Below are positions 37,555-51,330 of a stretch of DNA of 58,813 nt, piece by piece. Every line of letters starts with the position of its first letter. Within the stretch, counting starts at the first letter, position 1. Source of the stretch: Octopus bimaculoides (lineage: Eukaryota). Both the position numbers and the translations under genes were made by a program. The stretch is taken from positions 101,387,304-101,446,116 of the forward strand of contig NC_068982.1 in assembly GCF_001194135.2 (NCBI RefSeq). Direction: 5' to 3'. A model generated the notes under the pieces. The model was not told the DNA's origin, did not search any database, and worked only from the letters and a program-made list of their open reading frames with translations.

Positions 37555-39400
37555 GGTTATGTGGTTGCTTTTTGCTTAAGATAAGTGTTTGATTAGTTAT
37601 TACGTTTTTTTTTAATTTCTCACTTTGTTTCATGAGTGGCAAATTTGTTTTGATGATGTTAAAATTTTTTGGTGATGTGGATTCTGTGTTACTAGAAATG
37701 GTATTCTGTTCCATTGATGGGTTCATCTTTCTCATGTTATCCTAATTTGTTCTATAGGTGTCTCTTTTGCACATTGTATGCTATTTTCTATTAGTAGGAG
37801 AGGGTATTTTTGTTTGAGCAGAAATCCTTTGATTTCTATAAGTCGTATGTTCCTGGTGTTTGGATCATCTACTATAGACCAAATTTTCCTGGCTAGACAG
37901 TACGGGATGCTGCATTTTGTGTGTGTTGGGTGACATGATTTGAAATTTAGGTACTGGTGTGTATCTGTGCTTTTGTAATAAATATCAGTTATGATTGTAA
38001 GTGATGTTTTTAATTACCATTATTTCAAGAACTGGTAATTGTGTGTTGCTCATTTTTTTTTTGTGATCTTGAGACTAGAGTGCAGATTTTTGAGGAGGGT
38101 GCTGAATTCTTCAAGATTTTCTAGGGATTTGTTCCAAATTAGGAAACAATCATCGAGGTATCTTTTCCATGTGTCTTCTCTATGCCTTCGAAAGGTCATG
38201 CCGTAGTTTTCTTCAATTTTTTGATATATGTTTTGTTCCAAGTATCCCAATACTGAGTTCGCGAAAACTGGAGCAAATCGCGTCCCCATAACTGTGCCTC
38301 GAATTTGGACGTAGTATTTTCTCTTGAAAAGGAATGTATTGTTTTCGAGAATGCGGCTGATTGCGTCTAATTTGAAGGTTTCAGTAAATCTACTGAGGAT
38401 CACTTCTCTATCTTTCTCGACCCAATATTTTATGGCAGTAATGCCCAAATCATGTGGAAAGTTCGGATATAACTTTGTTTCATCAAAACTAACAGTGAAT
38501 TGGATTCTGTCTTTTTGGGTAGATGTGACAGGAAATCAATGTCATCCCCAATGAAATTGGGTATGTGACTACACAGTGGTTTTAGGATAATGTCAATGAG
38601 GTTGCCCAGACGACGTGTAGGACAGGCTGGACCAGCTATAATGGGTCTTAGTTCAAGGTTTTTGATTGTAGTAGTTTTATGTATTCACTATCTTGTTTTT
38701 TTTCATAGCATTTTGTATTTCTTCAGATCTGTGTATTTTAGGTAAGCCATAGAAGTTGCTATATTTCAGATCAAAATTTGTAAAATAGACCCTTTCGTTA
38801 GGAGCGAGGAAGTTATGATATTTTAATACTAAATAATTGAGTTTCTTCATGATGCAGTGGTCAATATTTGAGGGTATTTCACGGTAGAATGTTGTATTCT
38901 TCAATTCATCTTCAGCTAGATCCTGGTAATATTCCGTATCCACTATAACAATGGCACCTCCTTTATCCGCTTGTTTGATGACAATTGTGTTGTCATTTTT
39001 AAGACGTATAAGAGCAGACTTTTCTAGTTTTGAAATGTTTGGCCTTCGTTGATGTTATGCCTCAGAGGATATCAATGAACTGATTTGTGTTTCGTCCTTT
39101 TGGCGGGTTAAATTTTGATTTATTTTTCGCTAAGGATTCGTCATTCTCATTATTTTTATCAGTAAAAAAACTTCACAAGTCGTAGTTTCCGACAAAAGTT
39201 TTGGATATCTTCTTTGAATTCCTGATGGTTGACTGTAGGTGAAGGTGTGAATTTCAATCCTTTTATCAATAAACGAAGTTCGCCACTGTCTATATTTCTT
39301 TTTGACAGGTTATTAATAATTTTAGGGTCTATCCTATCAGTTGTACAGGTGTTTCTTCTTGGGCTTATTCTTTCTCCGGTGTTTGCTGTCCTGACCTAAA
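37555..39400 (-). mobile_element. Decayed Penelope-like element (PLE): N-terminal domain, reverse transcriptase and thumb; GIY-YIG domain missing
   Basis: Frameshifted, colinear PLE motifs: IKGLKFTPSP..FCRKLRL (about 39.2 kb), IVIKQADKGGAIVI (about 38.96 kb), FYGLPKIH, LRPIIAGPACPTRRLGNLIDIILKP, GTVMGTRFAPVFAN, RYLDDCFLIW, TDIYYKSTDTHQYLNFKSCHPTHTKCSIPYCLARKI and linker NFNIIKTNLPL..SKKQPHNL. Confidence 0.92.
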
Positions 39401-40088
39401 AGATAGTTTCGTTTTTGTTTATTATTTCTTCTATTATTAGAGTGAGCATTGTATTTTGGTTGTGGTGTTTGGTTAGCTCTGTTTTCTCTCTTGATCCTAG
39501 GTGTGGCTATATTATTTATATTTTCAGTTTGTGAAAATGTTTTGCGTTTATTTGACGGTCTAATATGGCTTTAGTTCTGTTTCTAATAGGTTAGGTGGTT
39601 TTTAGTGAGATCTTAAATGTGATTTCTTCCCGGTTTGTCTTCCTCTAATATCTTGACCAAATGAAAGATTGTTGTGTTTACTAACGTTTTGATCAAAGGA
39701 ATGTTTGTTATGTTTATAGTATTCTTGTATGTTACTTGTAATTTTAAATGATAAAAAGTGCTTACCGTATTTCCTTGTAGTTAACTGTTTTTATTGCCAC
39801 GTGTTTTCGTGTATGTTGTGTTGGTTAGGTTGCTTCCCTATATTTCTTTTACGTGGTACTGAGGTGTCACTACCGTAGTTTGCAACATATTTATCAAGGA
39901 ACAATTGTTTCTGTTGCCATAAATGTCTTGATTTACGAATACTACGAACGTATGAAAGCACTAATTGAACTTTATGAACATTACCAAATATATTTTAAAT
40001 TTTTAACACACTTCAAAATTGTAAAAAAAATTTTTTTAATACAATGATAAAAGACGTGAAAACTAGACGATGTTGCAACTTTATTCAA

Positions 40089-40126
<38 letters not shown>

Positions 40127-41514
40127 NNNNNNNNNNNNNNNNNNNNNNNNNNNNNNNNNNNNNNNNNNNNNNNNNNNNNNNNNNNNNNNNNNNNNNNNNN
40201 NNNNNNNNNNNNNNNNNNNNNNNNNNNNNNNNNNNNNNNNNNNNNNNNNNNNNNNNNNNNNNNNNNNNNNNNNNNNNNNNNNNNNNNNNNNNNNNNNNNN
40301 NNNNNNNNNNNNNNNNNNNNNNNNNNNNNNNNNNNNNNNNNNNNNNNNNNNNNNNNNNNNNNNNNNNNNNNNNNNNNNNNNNNNNNNNNNNNNNNNNNNN
40401 NNNNNNNNNNNNNNNNNNNNNNNNNNNNNNNNNNNNNNNNNNNNNNNNNNNNNNNNNNNNNNNNNNNNNNNNNNNNNNNNNNNNNNNNNNNNNNNNNNNN
40501 NNNNNNNNNNNNNNNNNNNNNNNNNNNNNNNNNNNNNNNNNNNNNNNNNNNNNNNNNNNNNNNNNNNNNNNNNNNNNNNNNNNNNNNNNNNNNNNNNNNN
40601 NNNNNNNNNNNNNNNNNNNNNNNNNNNNNNNNNNNNNNNNNNNNNNNNNNNNNNNNNNNNNNNNNNNNNNNNNNNNNNNNNNNNNNNNNNNNNNNNNNNN
40701 NNNNNNNNNNNNNNNNNNNNNNNNNNNNNNNNNNNNNNNNNNNNNNNNNNNNNNNNNNNNNNNNNNNNNNNNNNNNNNNNNNNNNNNNNNNNNNNNNNNN
40801 NNNNNNNNNNNNNNNNNNNNNNNNNNNNNNNNNNNNNNNNNNNNNNNNNNNNNNNNNNNNNNNNNNNNNNNNNNNNNNNNNNNNNNATATATATATATAT
40901 ATATATATAAGGCAAATAAGAAAATGGAGAGAATCAACAATCGACAAACATCAGCCTGGAAACACCCAATTATATCTATTTATTAATTGATTACAATCAT
41001 ATGTGATCCAAATAAACGAATAAGAATAAATGAGTGTACAAATACAAAACTCTTACTGCTGTTTCTGCGATGGGGCATGCCCAATCTTCCATGTTTTCCA
41101 CATCACGCCAGTGATATACAGGGATTTTCCAAACGTTGACCAAACATTGGACAGGGGTTGGACAATGGTTGAGCCCCAAGGTTTTCATCAGAGAGATCAA
41201 ATGTTAGGAAACTAACATGTGGGAAAGTAAGTTAAAATAATAAAGTAAAATAAAAATAATATAATAGAAATAGTAAGGAATGGTAAGAACGTCATTTCAA
41301 GGTGCTATCATAATCCAATGGAATGATATCTTCTGGTAAAGAAAGTCACTTCTAGGAGAAATTTCCTCAGGCTGTGAGAGTTACATCGTGTTTCAATTAT
41401 TCCATTTTCTTATTTGCCTTATAAATCCTGTGTAAATTCCTGCTTTACTCCCATCCATACCTAGTATTCAATTGGATATTTACTATCCCTTAGATTGTTA
41501 CTTAACTTCTAACT

Positions 41515-41561
<47 letters not shown>

Positions 41562-41970
41562 CAAAGAATATATATACATGTATACACACATATATGTACA
41601 TACTTACATCTACATGTGTATATATATGCATATCAAGGTACAGGACGTTAGAACAATAAACTACAGACAACGGAACGAACACATAGGAAAACGGAAAGCC
41701 ACTTGGAATATCCCTTCATCATCTGTCTCTATTCTATCTAGACGTTTCGAAGATAAGACAGAACGTACTCTAGAATAGTCTCTTCCTGAGTAGTGGATCA
41801 ACCCACTACACAGAGGATTCCAAGGTGGCAAACACAAACCAAGACAGGAAAAATTGGACAGTGAAAACAACATTTAAAAGCCGTACGGCCAAACGCAAAT
41901 CTGAGGTAGAACGCTAGTAGTTCGTCTTGCCTTCCCAGCGGCTGGAGTGAAAAGAAAGTTGACCACAGGT

Positions 41971-42090
41971 CGACGGGCTTCTTTCAGTTTCTGCCTACCA
42001 AATCCACTCACAAGCCTTTGCTCGGCCAGCGGCTACAGTAGAAGTGCCACGCAGTGGGACTGGCCCCGAAAAACATGTGGCTGGGAGACA
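41971..42090 (-). mobile_element. SINE family A head fragment
   Basis: cgacgggcttctttcagtttctgcctaccaaatccactcacaag..gtgccacgcagtgggactg. Confidence 0.75.
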
Positions 42091-43678
42091 GGGGTCTCAG
42101 CCTTAGGTCATTTTGAAACGTCATGCTAAATTCATTTGGGCAATGCTATTAATATATTTCCCATATCGTATAAATGATGTTACGCTCACAGTAGCTCTGA
42201 AGGGATTAGAGTTGAAGTGTTTTGAGGCGTTGCCATTAATGACGGCCTGTCATGCATTTACAGATTTTTCTTATAGAAAAAACAATTACTAATTACCATG
42301 CACTAATGAATTAATGTCCAACAGAAACTGTTAGTCTTCTTAACACATCTACTAATTTGAAATTTAAGTGGTCTGCTTTGAAATGATTGGTCTGGGTAAT
42401 AAGGGTAAATGGATCTTAGAGATTTGAAGATTTTACATATGCAATATCAATTAAGAATTCTTTTGATTTAATAAAACGTATTTAATGATTTGGAATTAGT
42501 GCCATGGCAGGGGATTAATACAACACAGTGTTTATGTTATATTGAAATCAAGACATCTGAAAAATATTCATATTAGTATACCGTCTCCCATTCTTTTCTA
42601 TTTTCATGAATTTTCATTGTTTCTTTTCTTGTTTTATCTTAGAGTAGCGGAGTAAGAGAAATGGTAAGGTGCTGGGTATTTATCTGTTGCTTATGTTACT
42701 TTATGTTCTGAGTAAGAATTTCATCAGGTAGTCGATAAAATAAACACCCGTTTAATATTGAGGACATGCTAACCAATTAAAACATCCCTAATATTTGTGG
42801 TATTTTGCTCGAGGTAGAAATAATTATCTTTCTATGGTGCTACTGTTAAGTTAGACATGGACGAAACCTATGGTGTTTTCTATTTCGTATTGAGCTAACA
42901 GTTTTCATAAATTCTTGAACATACGTGGGTTCTTTTCTTACTGCCAAAAACAAAAAAATGCATTAAAAAGTTTATTATTTTTGAACTTATTCATGTGTTT
43001 ATAATTTTCTTTTTGAACTCAATATTGAAATTCAAGGAGAATTCTAACAATAAAAGTGTAATTGTAACATTTTCCTTGCTACTGATATGTGCAGATATTA
43101 AGATTTTAAATATATAGTGGCTATGTAACTGAAACGAAGAACTATACCTGCTAGCAATTTCGTAATTTAAATTGTTCTACCAGCAAACTGTTATAGTTAC
43201 TAGACGCCAGTAAGTCTCCGGCAGTAACTGGAGCCGTGAAACTCGTTTACGTTATTCAGATGTAATGAAACTCTGCAATGAAACTCACGGCGTCAAATGA
43301 CAAAATAGTTTTTGATTGAGAAACATGTCGAAATGAAAGAAGAGTACAGAAGCATAAGCGAACGATAAATGTTTTTAGTAAACGAGAGGTTTCGTTCGGG
43401 GAAGATGTTATAATGTAAGGTATGTTCGTCTAAAACTAAATATATACCCTAGGGGCAACAGGAATAAATACTAGCGAAATTAAGAAATATTATAAATGTT
43501 TAAGAGAGCTATTTATGTACAGTAATTATTTCATAGTCTTATACAAATTATACATACACAGCCACACCAGCATATGTGTGCATGTATGTTGTATGTATGT
43601 ATGTATGTATGTATGTATGTACGTACGTACATATGTAAGTATGTATGTATGTATGTATGTATGTATGTGTGTATGTAT

Positions 43679-44305
43679 GTCATTGTTCAGTTTTATTTCA
43701 AGGTTTCTTGCCAATAGAGAAAGAGCCGGTTTCTATCCGAGATTCAAGGCTCCTTCACTGGAATTTCCACATCAACAACAGGGTATTTTTGTTTGTATGT
43801 ATGGACATATATGTGCAGATTTGTATATTTTGCTCGTATATATTTAAATGATAAACTTCTGGAAAGTTTTACAGACGTTTACAGTGCCAGAGATGGATTG
43901 GATCTGTAGTCTTCGAATTAGCTTTCTCCTTTCTGGTTTTGAGAAGATTAATTTCTCAAGATTGGTATTTAGGCAGTGTGTTACATATCCCAGTGCCCCA
44001 ATAATTACAGGTATGCATCTGAACTTGCAATCTGAATTGAGTAACTGCAGATTTCTTAATAGTTCAGCGTAGGTGTTCTCTTTTTCACTGATCTTCAGCT
44101 TTATGTTAACATCTGCTGGGCAGCTAATTTCCACAACTGTGCACAGTTTCTCCTCTCTATCCGAAATCATTATAGCAAGGCTGTTGTGCTTGCATTTTAT
44201 TGAAATTTTCACTGGTACATTCTACCAGTATTCCTTTTTCTTATGAGTAGCTATGACCTCTACCATTCTGTGGGCTCTTATTTCTTTGTCCTCGAGGTTA
44301 TCCTT
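43679..44305 (-). mobile_element. 5'-truncated RLE-type (R4/Dong-like) non-LTR retrotransposon, family 'TACA', copy 2: endonuclease domain plus 3' UTR
   Basis: ORF 43844-44212 reads KHNSLAIMISDREEKLCTVVEISCPAD..EKENTY..IPVIIGALG. This is a decayed (NRPDI to NSLAI) PD-(D/E)xK restriction-like endonuclease. Upstream in-frame HRMVEVIATHKKKEYW ends at a stop. (TATG)n flanks both sides. Confidence 0.85.
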
Positions 44306-44540
44306 ATGTATGTATGCATGTGTGTATGTATGTATACATGTATGTGTGTGTGTATGTATGTATGTATGTATGTATGCATGCATGCACGCATGTATGTATG
44401 TATGTAAGTATGTATGCATGCACGTGTGTATGTGTGTGTGTGTATGTATGTAAAAATATGCATATATATGTGTATATATGTATATATATAGAGAGAGATG
44501 ATAGGGATACATACATACATATATATATATGTGTGTTTCT

Positions 44541-44579
<39 letters not shown>

Positions 44580-45947
44580 AATGTATATTTGAGCTTCCAT
44601 ATTTTTAGAAGTGCAATGAAGGAATACATGTCGGCTATGAAAGGCATGTTATGTAACTTTTATATATTTATTTTGGTCAAAAAAGAAATTCGATCTCAGT
44701 ACTACAAGACAATACATATTACTTCAATATCCAGTAAACTCTTTCTTCCATTCGAAAATTTCTCTCATTTTCGCTGCTCTGTCACTATCTCTGTACGTAG
44801 AGGCGGTAATGATCGCTATTGATTAAAGAGTATAGTATCGAAATCAAAATTCATATTGTTTGATTTACCCAGATAACCACTCATCGTACTAGCTTTCCTA
44901 ATAACATAAATTTATATTGATTTGCCTTTGGGAGTATTTTAATTTCGGCTTTCAGTATATCACGCTAACTGCATCTTGTTTTAATCGAATGAACAAGCAT
45001 TGAAATTACATGTCTTAAGTCGTTTTAATGAAAGTTTTGAGGATATTCAGAACTAAATATGTCAAGATCAAGTGGTTCAGCCTTGGCTACTATAGTCACT
45101 CGTGAAGAAAAAAGAATTTCAGAGTCAGGAAAAAAACTTCCCAAAGCCAAAAGGCAAGTGATCATGATTTCGCTTTTGTTTAAATCGAGATCAATCTTGA
45201 TCGTGCAATTTTATGATGAATGTGTTTGAACAATGATTATACTGTCTTACTTTCAGGCTTTATCTTGGACCACATTATCCATTTGTATGTATGTATATAT
45301 GTATGTATGTATGTATGTATGTGCGTATGTACGTATGTATGTATGTATGTATGTATGTATGTATTATGTCTGTATGTGTGTATGTGTGTGTGTGTTCTTG
45401 TATGTATGTATGTATGTATGTATCAACTTATTAATTGAACTTGTGGCAGCATTCACCCGGGATGGTATGAGCTGGCTCCGTCCCTCATGAATGGTCACCA
45501 CATCCAACGTATTTGACAAATACCCCACTGGAAGATAATGCGCGTCGGACAGCGCTGTCGTAGTAACCGTAGTAGTCATTCGCTGTTGAGGTATAAAGTT
45601 TATGCTGGATGTTTCAGTGAGGAATCACGTTCATAAGTGGTCCTCTGATACATGCATACACACTTTCAGATAGTGTGTATGCATGTGTCGATTGCCGTCG
45701 ATTGTCGCAAAAGATTCACTGACCAAGACGTAGCCTGGGTATGCATGCATGTATGTATGTATGTATGTATGTATGTATGTATGTATGTATGTATGTATGC
45801 ATGTATGTTTGTATGTATGTATGTATGTGTATTTATGTATATATATACACATATGTACATCTTTGTTTCTTTGTTTCTTTCTNNNNNNNNNNNNNNNNNN
45901 NNNNNNNNNNNNNNNNNNNNNNNNNNNNNNNNNNNNNNNNNNNNNNN

Positions 45948-45982
<35 letters not shown>

Positions 45983-46110
45983 TATATATATACATATATA
46001 TATAATACATGGACCACATTTTCCGTATGTTTGTATGTGTGTATGTATGTATGTATGCATGCATGCATATACGCATGTATGTATGTATGTATGTATGTAT
46101 GTATGTAGGT
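44306..46110. repeat. Multiple (TATG)n/(TG)n/(TA)n tracts (44306-44580, 45290-45425, 45740-46110)
   Basis: Direct reading. Confidence 0.9.
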
Positions 46111-48492
46111 AGGTAGGTAGGAATGTAGGTCAGTATATGAATATCAGAATAAATTATATTATAAATTTTACCTATGGGTGGAAAACTCAACCCTCTTTTT
46201 CACACAAACGTAGAGAAATAATGGGTATTCATTCTTCTTACATCATCTATGTGTGTATGTATCTTCATCATCACCACTATCCGGCCTAGTGGCTTACACG
46301 GACCAATGCAACACATCAGCGTCAGATGTCCCGATCTTCCAAAGGAGTCTTCATATTCGCATTTCGGTATCCTGTGTCTTCGAGGTGTTCCATCGATATA
46401 TGCTCTTCTTTGCCGATACCTGTATGTCCATGCATGGGTTTCCAAAAAAAAAAAGCGTTCTGGATATTTCGTCATTGCTTCTTCAAAACGTGACCGAGTT
46501 GCATTTTGTGTATTTTTCGTCAAACGTCTTTACATGATTCTTGTTCAGTCTGCAAGCTGAAGAGCAATCAGAGGAGAACTGATTCAACGACTGCCATGCC
46601 AACTCATGATGATCTTCTATGTTTATAATGGATGAGAATGCCTGATAAGATTTCTTACATGACCAAAATCTGTAGGCGATGAGTATAGACGATTTAGTTG
46701 ATTCCATAAAAATACTGGTACTTAATTTGTTAGCCTGAAACATTGAAAAGCAAATTTGATTATCGTGATACATAGAAAATTGTTACATGGCCACAGATTT
46801 TGGGAGTGGGTACGATCGATTAACATTCTTCAAGTGCTTTACCGGTATGTATTTCATCTGTTTATGAAAACATCATCATCCATTCAGTTATCGTGATCAA
46901 CGCCGCCTATTGAATACTTTTTGTCCTTAAACTTCAGTGAGTCTGTTTTATTCAGTGACTATTTTGATTGCGGTACTGTCTTTTGGTGTTCTTCGATCAC
47001 CAAGGAGAAGTAACTTCACTATAATGGTGGTCTATGTATAGCTTTGAAGTCAGAATACTCAAAGCCGGAATAAAGACCACTAGGTGGTCTGTCCAAGACA
47101 AGCCTTAAATACTAAATACATAATTGACCCGGGTAGATTTGAACTCAAGACGCTGAACAGGCGCTACTAAATTAACGAGAGACATTCTCTCCAACACGCT
47201 ATCATATCTGCCAACCCATAATGCAAAAGAAACATAGAAGAACATGTCCAAAGGGGCAGAAACTCAAATGAAATATTTTTGGAAATCATTTCGGATGTTA
47301 GATTCCAACAGATTTCGTCTGTAATATTGATCACAAGTTCTACAATAAGTCATAAACAAGCAACGATATAATCCTCATCCTCTTCCAGCCTCCTATATCA
47401 TGATTTGGCAGCCATAGTATTTCGAACCTTGCACGTATAGATTTTATTATAGGCAAACAAGCTAGAAGACATTTGGATTATGTAAAATCCTGTTAGTTTC
47501 TGCATAGACACTCTAAGCTAGTTGGTTGCGTGTATCTTAACTATAGTTGTTATCAGTCATTCGGTTTTCCATTCATTCTTCGACCATAAAGAAGAACTCG
47601 TGCCAGCCATTGTTGATTGGATTAATTTATATATATANNNNNNNNNNNNNNNNNNNNNNNNNNNNNNNNNNNNNNNNNNNNNNNNNNNNNNNNNNNNNNN
47701 NNNNNNNNNNNNNNNNNNNNNNNNNNNNNNNNNNNNNNNNNNNNNNNNNNNNNNNNNNNNNNNNNNNNNNNNNATATATATGTATGTATATATGCATACA
47801 TATATAAACATACGTGCACACACAAACACACATATATGTATTTGGGTGAATATCCAAATACATATTTGGGTGTACATACACATCTATGCACGATACACGG
47901 CACACGCACACGCACATATATTGCAAACGTACAGCCATACATTCAACTGCTCACATCAGTCACATAAATATAGCTATACAATTGAAGTATAATCATAACT
48001 ATCTTATAATACACATTAGATGCAGCTAAGCTGCGGTTAGACATCGTACTAAGCTCTTCTTTCGATCACAGTATTGACATTTTCATTGAAATTTTCTGTG
48101 CATATCTATATGTATGCTTGCGTGTCTGAATGAGTGTACCCGCGTACATACGAGAATGTATCCCTGAGCACGTATCTTATGCGTCTAAATGAATATACAA
48201 AGTATTTCCGTGTACAGTTTTGAGCGAGTATTTGCGTGTGTATTACATGTTAACAAGTTTCATATCCAACTTTTTTTCTGCATTTTTTTCTTCTCTGGGT
48301 ATGTGATATTCTTGAATGCTATAGTTATCTACATGAACAATGAACCAACGTGAGAGTTTCTACGTGGCCGCTCACTTGCTAAAAATAGGAGTCAAATTTC
48401 GTTTAAGTTATAGCCTGAGATCTTAAATCAATAAGGTAGTTATGATTAAGTTTTCAGTTATATACCTATATCTATGTGACTGATATGAACCT

Positions 48493-48539
<47 letters not shown>

Positions 48540-48540
<1 letters not shown>

Positions 48541-48717
48541 TTTTTCTTTTCTCTCGGTCCCTTTTGATCGAACTCCCCCCTTTTTTCCTTCCTACGATCA
48601 CTTTTTGATGGACACCCACCCCTACTTTTTTTTTTCTTCCTTCCCCCTCCCAAAAAGAAAGGCTCTACATTGTATTCGTCCCATCTTTGTTGAGCCCTGT
48701 GTGGCTAATAAAAGAAA
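48540..48717 (+). mobile_element. Retroposon 3' end with AATAAA-containing terminus
   Basis: The terminal gtcccatctttgttgagccctgtgtggctaataaaagaaa matches the reverse complement of 22009-22050. It is preceded by (TATC)n. Confidence 0.55.
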
Positions 48718-49744
48718 NNNNNNNNNNNNNNNNNNNNNNNNNNNNNNNNNNNNNNNNNNNNNNNNNNNNNNNNNNNNNNNNNNNNNNNNNNNNNNNNNNN
48801 NNNNNNNNNNNNNNNNNNNNNNNNNNNNNNNNNNNNNNNNNNNNNNNNNNNNNNNNNNNNNNNNNNNNNNNNNNNNNNNNNNNNNNNNNNNNNNNNNNNN
48901 NNNNNNNNNNNNNNNNNNNNNNNNNNNNNNNNNNNNNNNNNNNNNNNNNNNNNNNNNNNNNNNNNNNNNNNNNNNNNNNNNNNNNNNNNNNNNNNNNNNN
49001 NNNNNNNNNNNNNNNNNNNNNNNNNNNNNNNNNNNNNNNNNNNNNNNNNNNNNNNNNNNNNNNNNNNNNNNNNNNNNNNNNNNNNNNNNNNNNNNNNNNN
49101 NNNNNNNNNNNNNNNNNNNNNNNNNNNNNNNNNNNNNNNNNNNNNNNNNNNTGGTAGACGAAAACTATGTGGAAGCGCACCGCATACACACACGCACACA
49201 CACACACATGTATAGGTACAGTAGCATGCCTACTACATTAGCGCATAGAGTGCCGTCAGTATCTTTGTCATATCAATCAAACCATTTTTACTACGGCCAA
49301 GAATGTAACTTGATACTATTCAACCGGTCACAAGGCCCATACTTTTAATCGGACGACATATATCTGCTTTCAACCAGCTGATTTATAACAAATCATAATA
49401 TCATTTTATACATTCGGCTGACTCTTCTCCTCTTGTCATTTCGAAACCTTAAATAACGCCGTATTTAAGCAATCAGTTAAATGATAATCTGTATCATTTA
49501 TTCTGTCGCTTCTAACTAAACCTCTGCCAGAGCTATTCTTTAATGCACATTATGTAATACGTACAACTATATCGTTGTTATCATCAGTGTCTATAAACGA
49601 GATGTGTGATTATTTACCTCAAGCTGTTGAAACAATTGTAAACCATGGAATAAAATATATATGATAGACACAATTCTCACTTCTTTAAACACCCAAACAA
49701 CCCCCACACACATACACAGAGACACACGCACATACATGTGAACG

Positions 49745-49782
49745 TATATATCTATCTATGTATCTATCTGTCAATCTGTCTG

Positions 49783-49833
<51 letters not shown>

Positions 49834-49834
49834 C

Positions 49835-49883
<49 letters not shown>

Positions 49884-49885
49884 TT
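49745..49885. repeat. (TCTA)n microsatellite (others at 26745-26808, 48495-48538, 51250-51330, 53765-53885)
   Basis: Direct reading. Confidence 0.93.
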
Positions 49886-49899
49886 GTTTATTTATGATA

Positions 49900-50030
49900 G
49901 ACAGAATTGGTGTTGGTTTGTTTACACTCACGTAACTTAGTGGCACAGTAACAGAGATCCACAGAAAAAAACCCAGACTTAAAAAGTACAGGGGTTGATT
50001 TGTTCGACTAAACCCTACAAGGAGACCCCC
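49900..50030 (+). mobile_element. SINE family A tail, degenerate
   Basis: ggtgttggtttgtttacactcacgtaacttag..aagtacaggggttgatttgttcgactaaa. Confidence 0.55.
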
Positions 50031-51250
50031 CCCCCTCCCTCATTATGGTGATTGTCCTGGAAGTAAAACGGCGAAAAGAAAACATAAAACAAAATATTTA
50101 CTACTATATCATCAGCACGAACAAAATTAAAAAAAACATACATACAGAAATAACTGTTGTAGTAGGTGAAATGCATTTTATCCCATACGAGTTTATTCTT
50201 CTTTTTTTTTTTTGGCAATCCCTACAATGAAATAGTAAACCAATCCTGTGTCTTTTCTGTGAAATGAGGCCGTTTTTATTATTAACGTACAAGCAATAAA
50301 CATATTATAAGATTTTTTAAAAAAACAACAACAAAAAATGTAATTTCTGTCAGTCGAATCAACCAGAACTGAGTGTTTTTGTGAAAATATTGAAGGACTT
50401 CCGGTAAAATTTTGTAGAATATTTCGATTGTGCAGAAACGACAGAGAACATGAACCGGTAGGTTTAAAAATTTTCTTTCTCACACTTTTTTCATCAGAGT
50501 ATCATGATTTGAAAATGGTTTTCCAGACTTGTTCACGTTGCAGATCAGAAAGAGAAGATGAACTAAAAGTATTTAGATATCATGTAGGCCTTCCACACAA
50601 TCTGTAGTCGCTGAAGCGTCGAGTTAGAACGGTGTGCAAACAAAGACCATAGAGTACTTGTTCTATGCAGCATTACAGGACTCGAAGAACATTTACGATT
50701 TCAGAGTGGGTTATGAATAGCAAACAGAAGTTGGCGTAAACGTTTGCCTTCAGTGAGATTTTGATTGCTTTAGATAAGAAGAGGACACCATCAGGATCTG
50801 ACGGTGTTAAATTATAAAAAAAAGAAATTCAGGTACTAAATTCCGACCACTAATTCTCAATTCACATTACCATGTCACTATAAACATGATTGAACGGAAG
50901 CGTATGCAAATAAATGTGTAGAAATTTTAGTGCTTTCACTTCTTCGAGAAAGACAAGATAAAACAACAGTGAAGTATTCCATCAAGGCAATCTCTAATAG
51001 CTTTGCATAACCTTAGTGATTTGAAAGTCGTTGTTAATAAAAACCTTGATAGAAAATTCCACATAAAAATTCAACCTGAATCAATACGGCCTTGATAAAT
51101 TTCTCCACAAACTTCCTGATAAAATGTTGATGTATGGATACGCTTGCTCAAAAATATCATTCGGTTCAAAATGATAAAAGATAATGAAATTTAAATAACA
51201 CATAATGAATGCTATTGTAGACTGAACGCATTTGAGATCTTTTTCTCTGT

Positions 51251-51324
<74 letters not shown>

Positions 51325-51330
51325 GTCTGT

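Noticed and set aside
37526-37555. Mariner-like TIR start (cgagagttggctgaaaagt)
   Set aside because: No partner inverted repeat or transposase was found. Mariner-like hints at 8850-8900 and 9490-9520 are also too weak.
41700-41770. CGAAACGTC..ATGATGAAGG on the minus strand as a permuted hammerhead
   Set aside because: The core C3 is absent and stems I and II do not pair. It is left as an unclassified interspersed repeat (41630-41950; similar status for 55280-55960).
46557-46590. CTGAAGA followed by a hairpin (gcaatcag/ctgatt), sharing a 14-mer with 3958
   Set aside because: No GAAA or NUH follows, and a shared 14-mer is expected by chance in 58 kb.
46200-46780. ORFs 46200-46523, 46249-46560 and 31749-32200 as genes or transposase remnants
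   Set aside because: No recognisable motif in any frame and no convincing splice signals.
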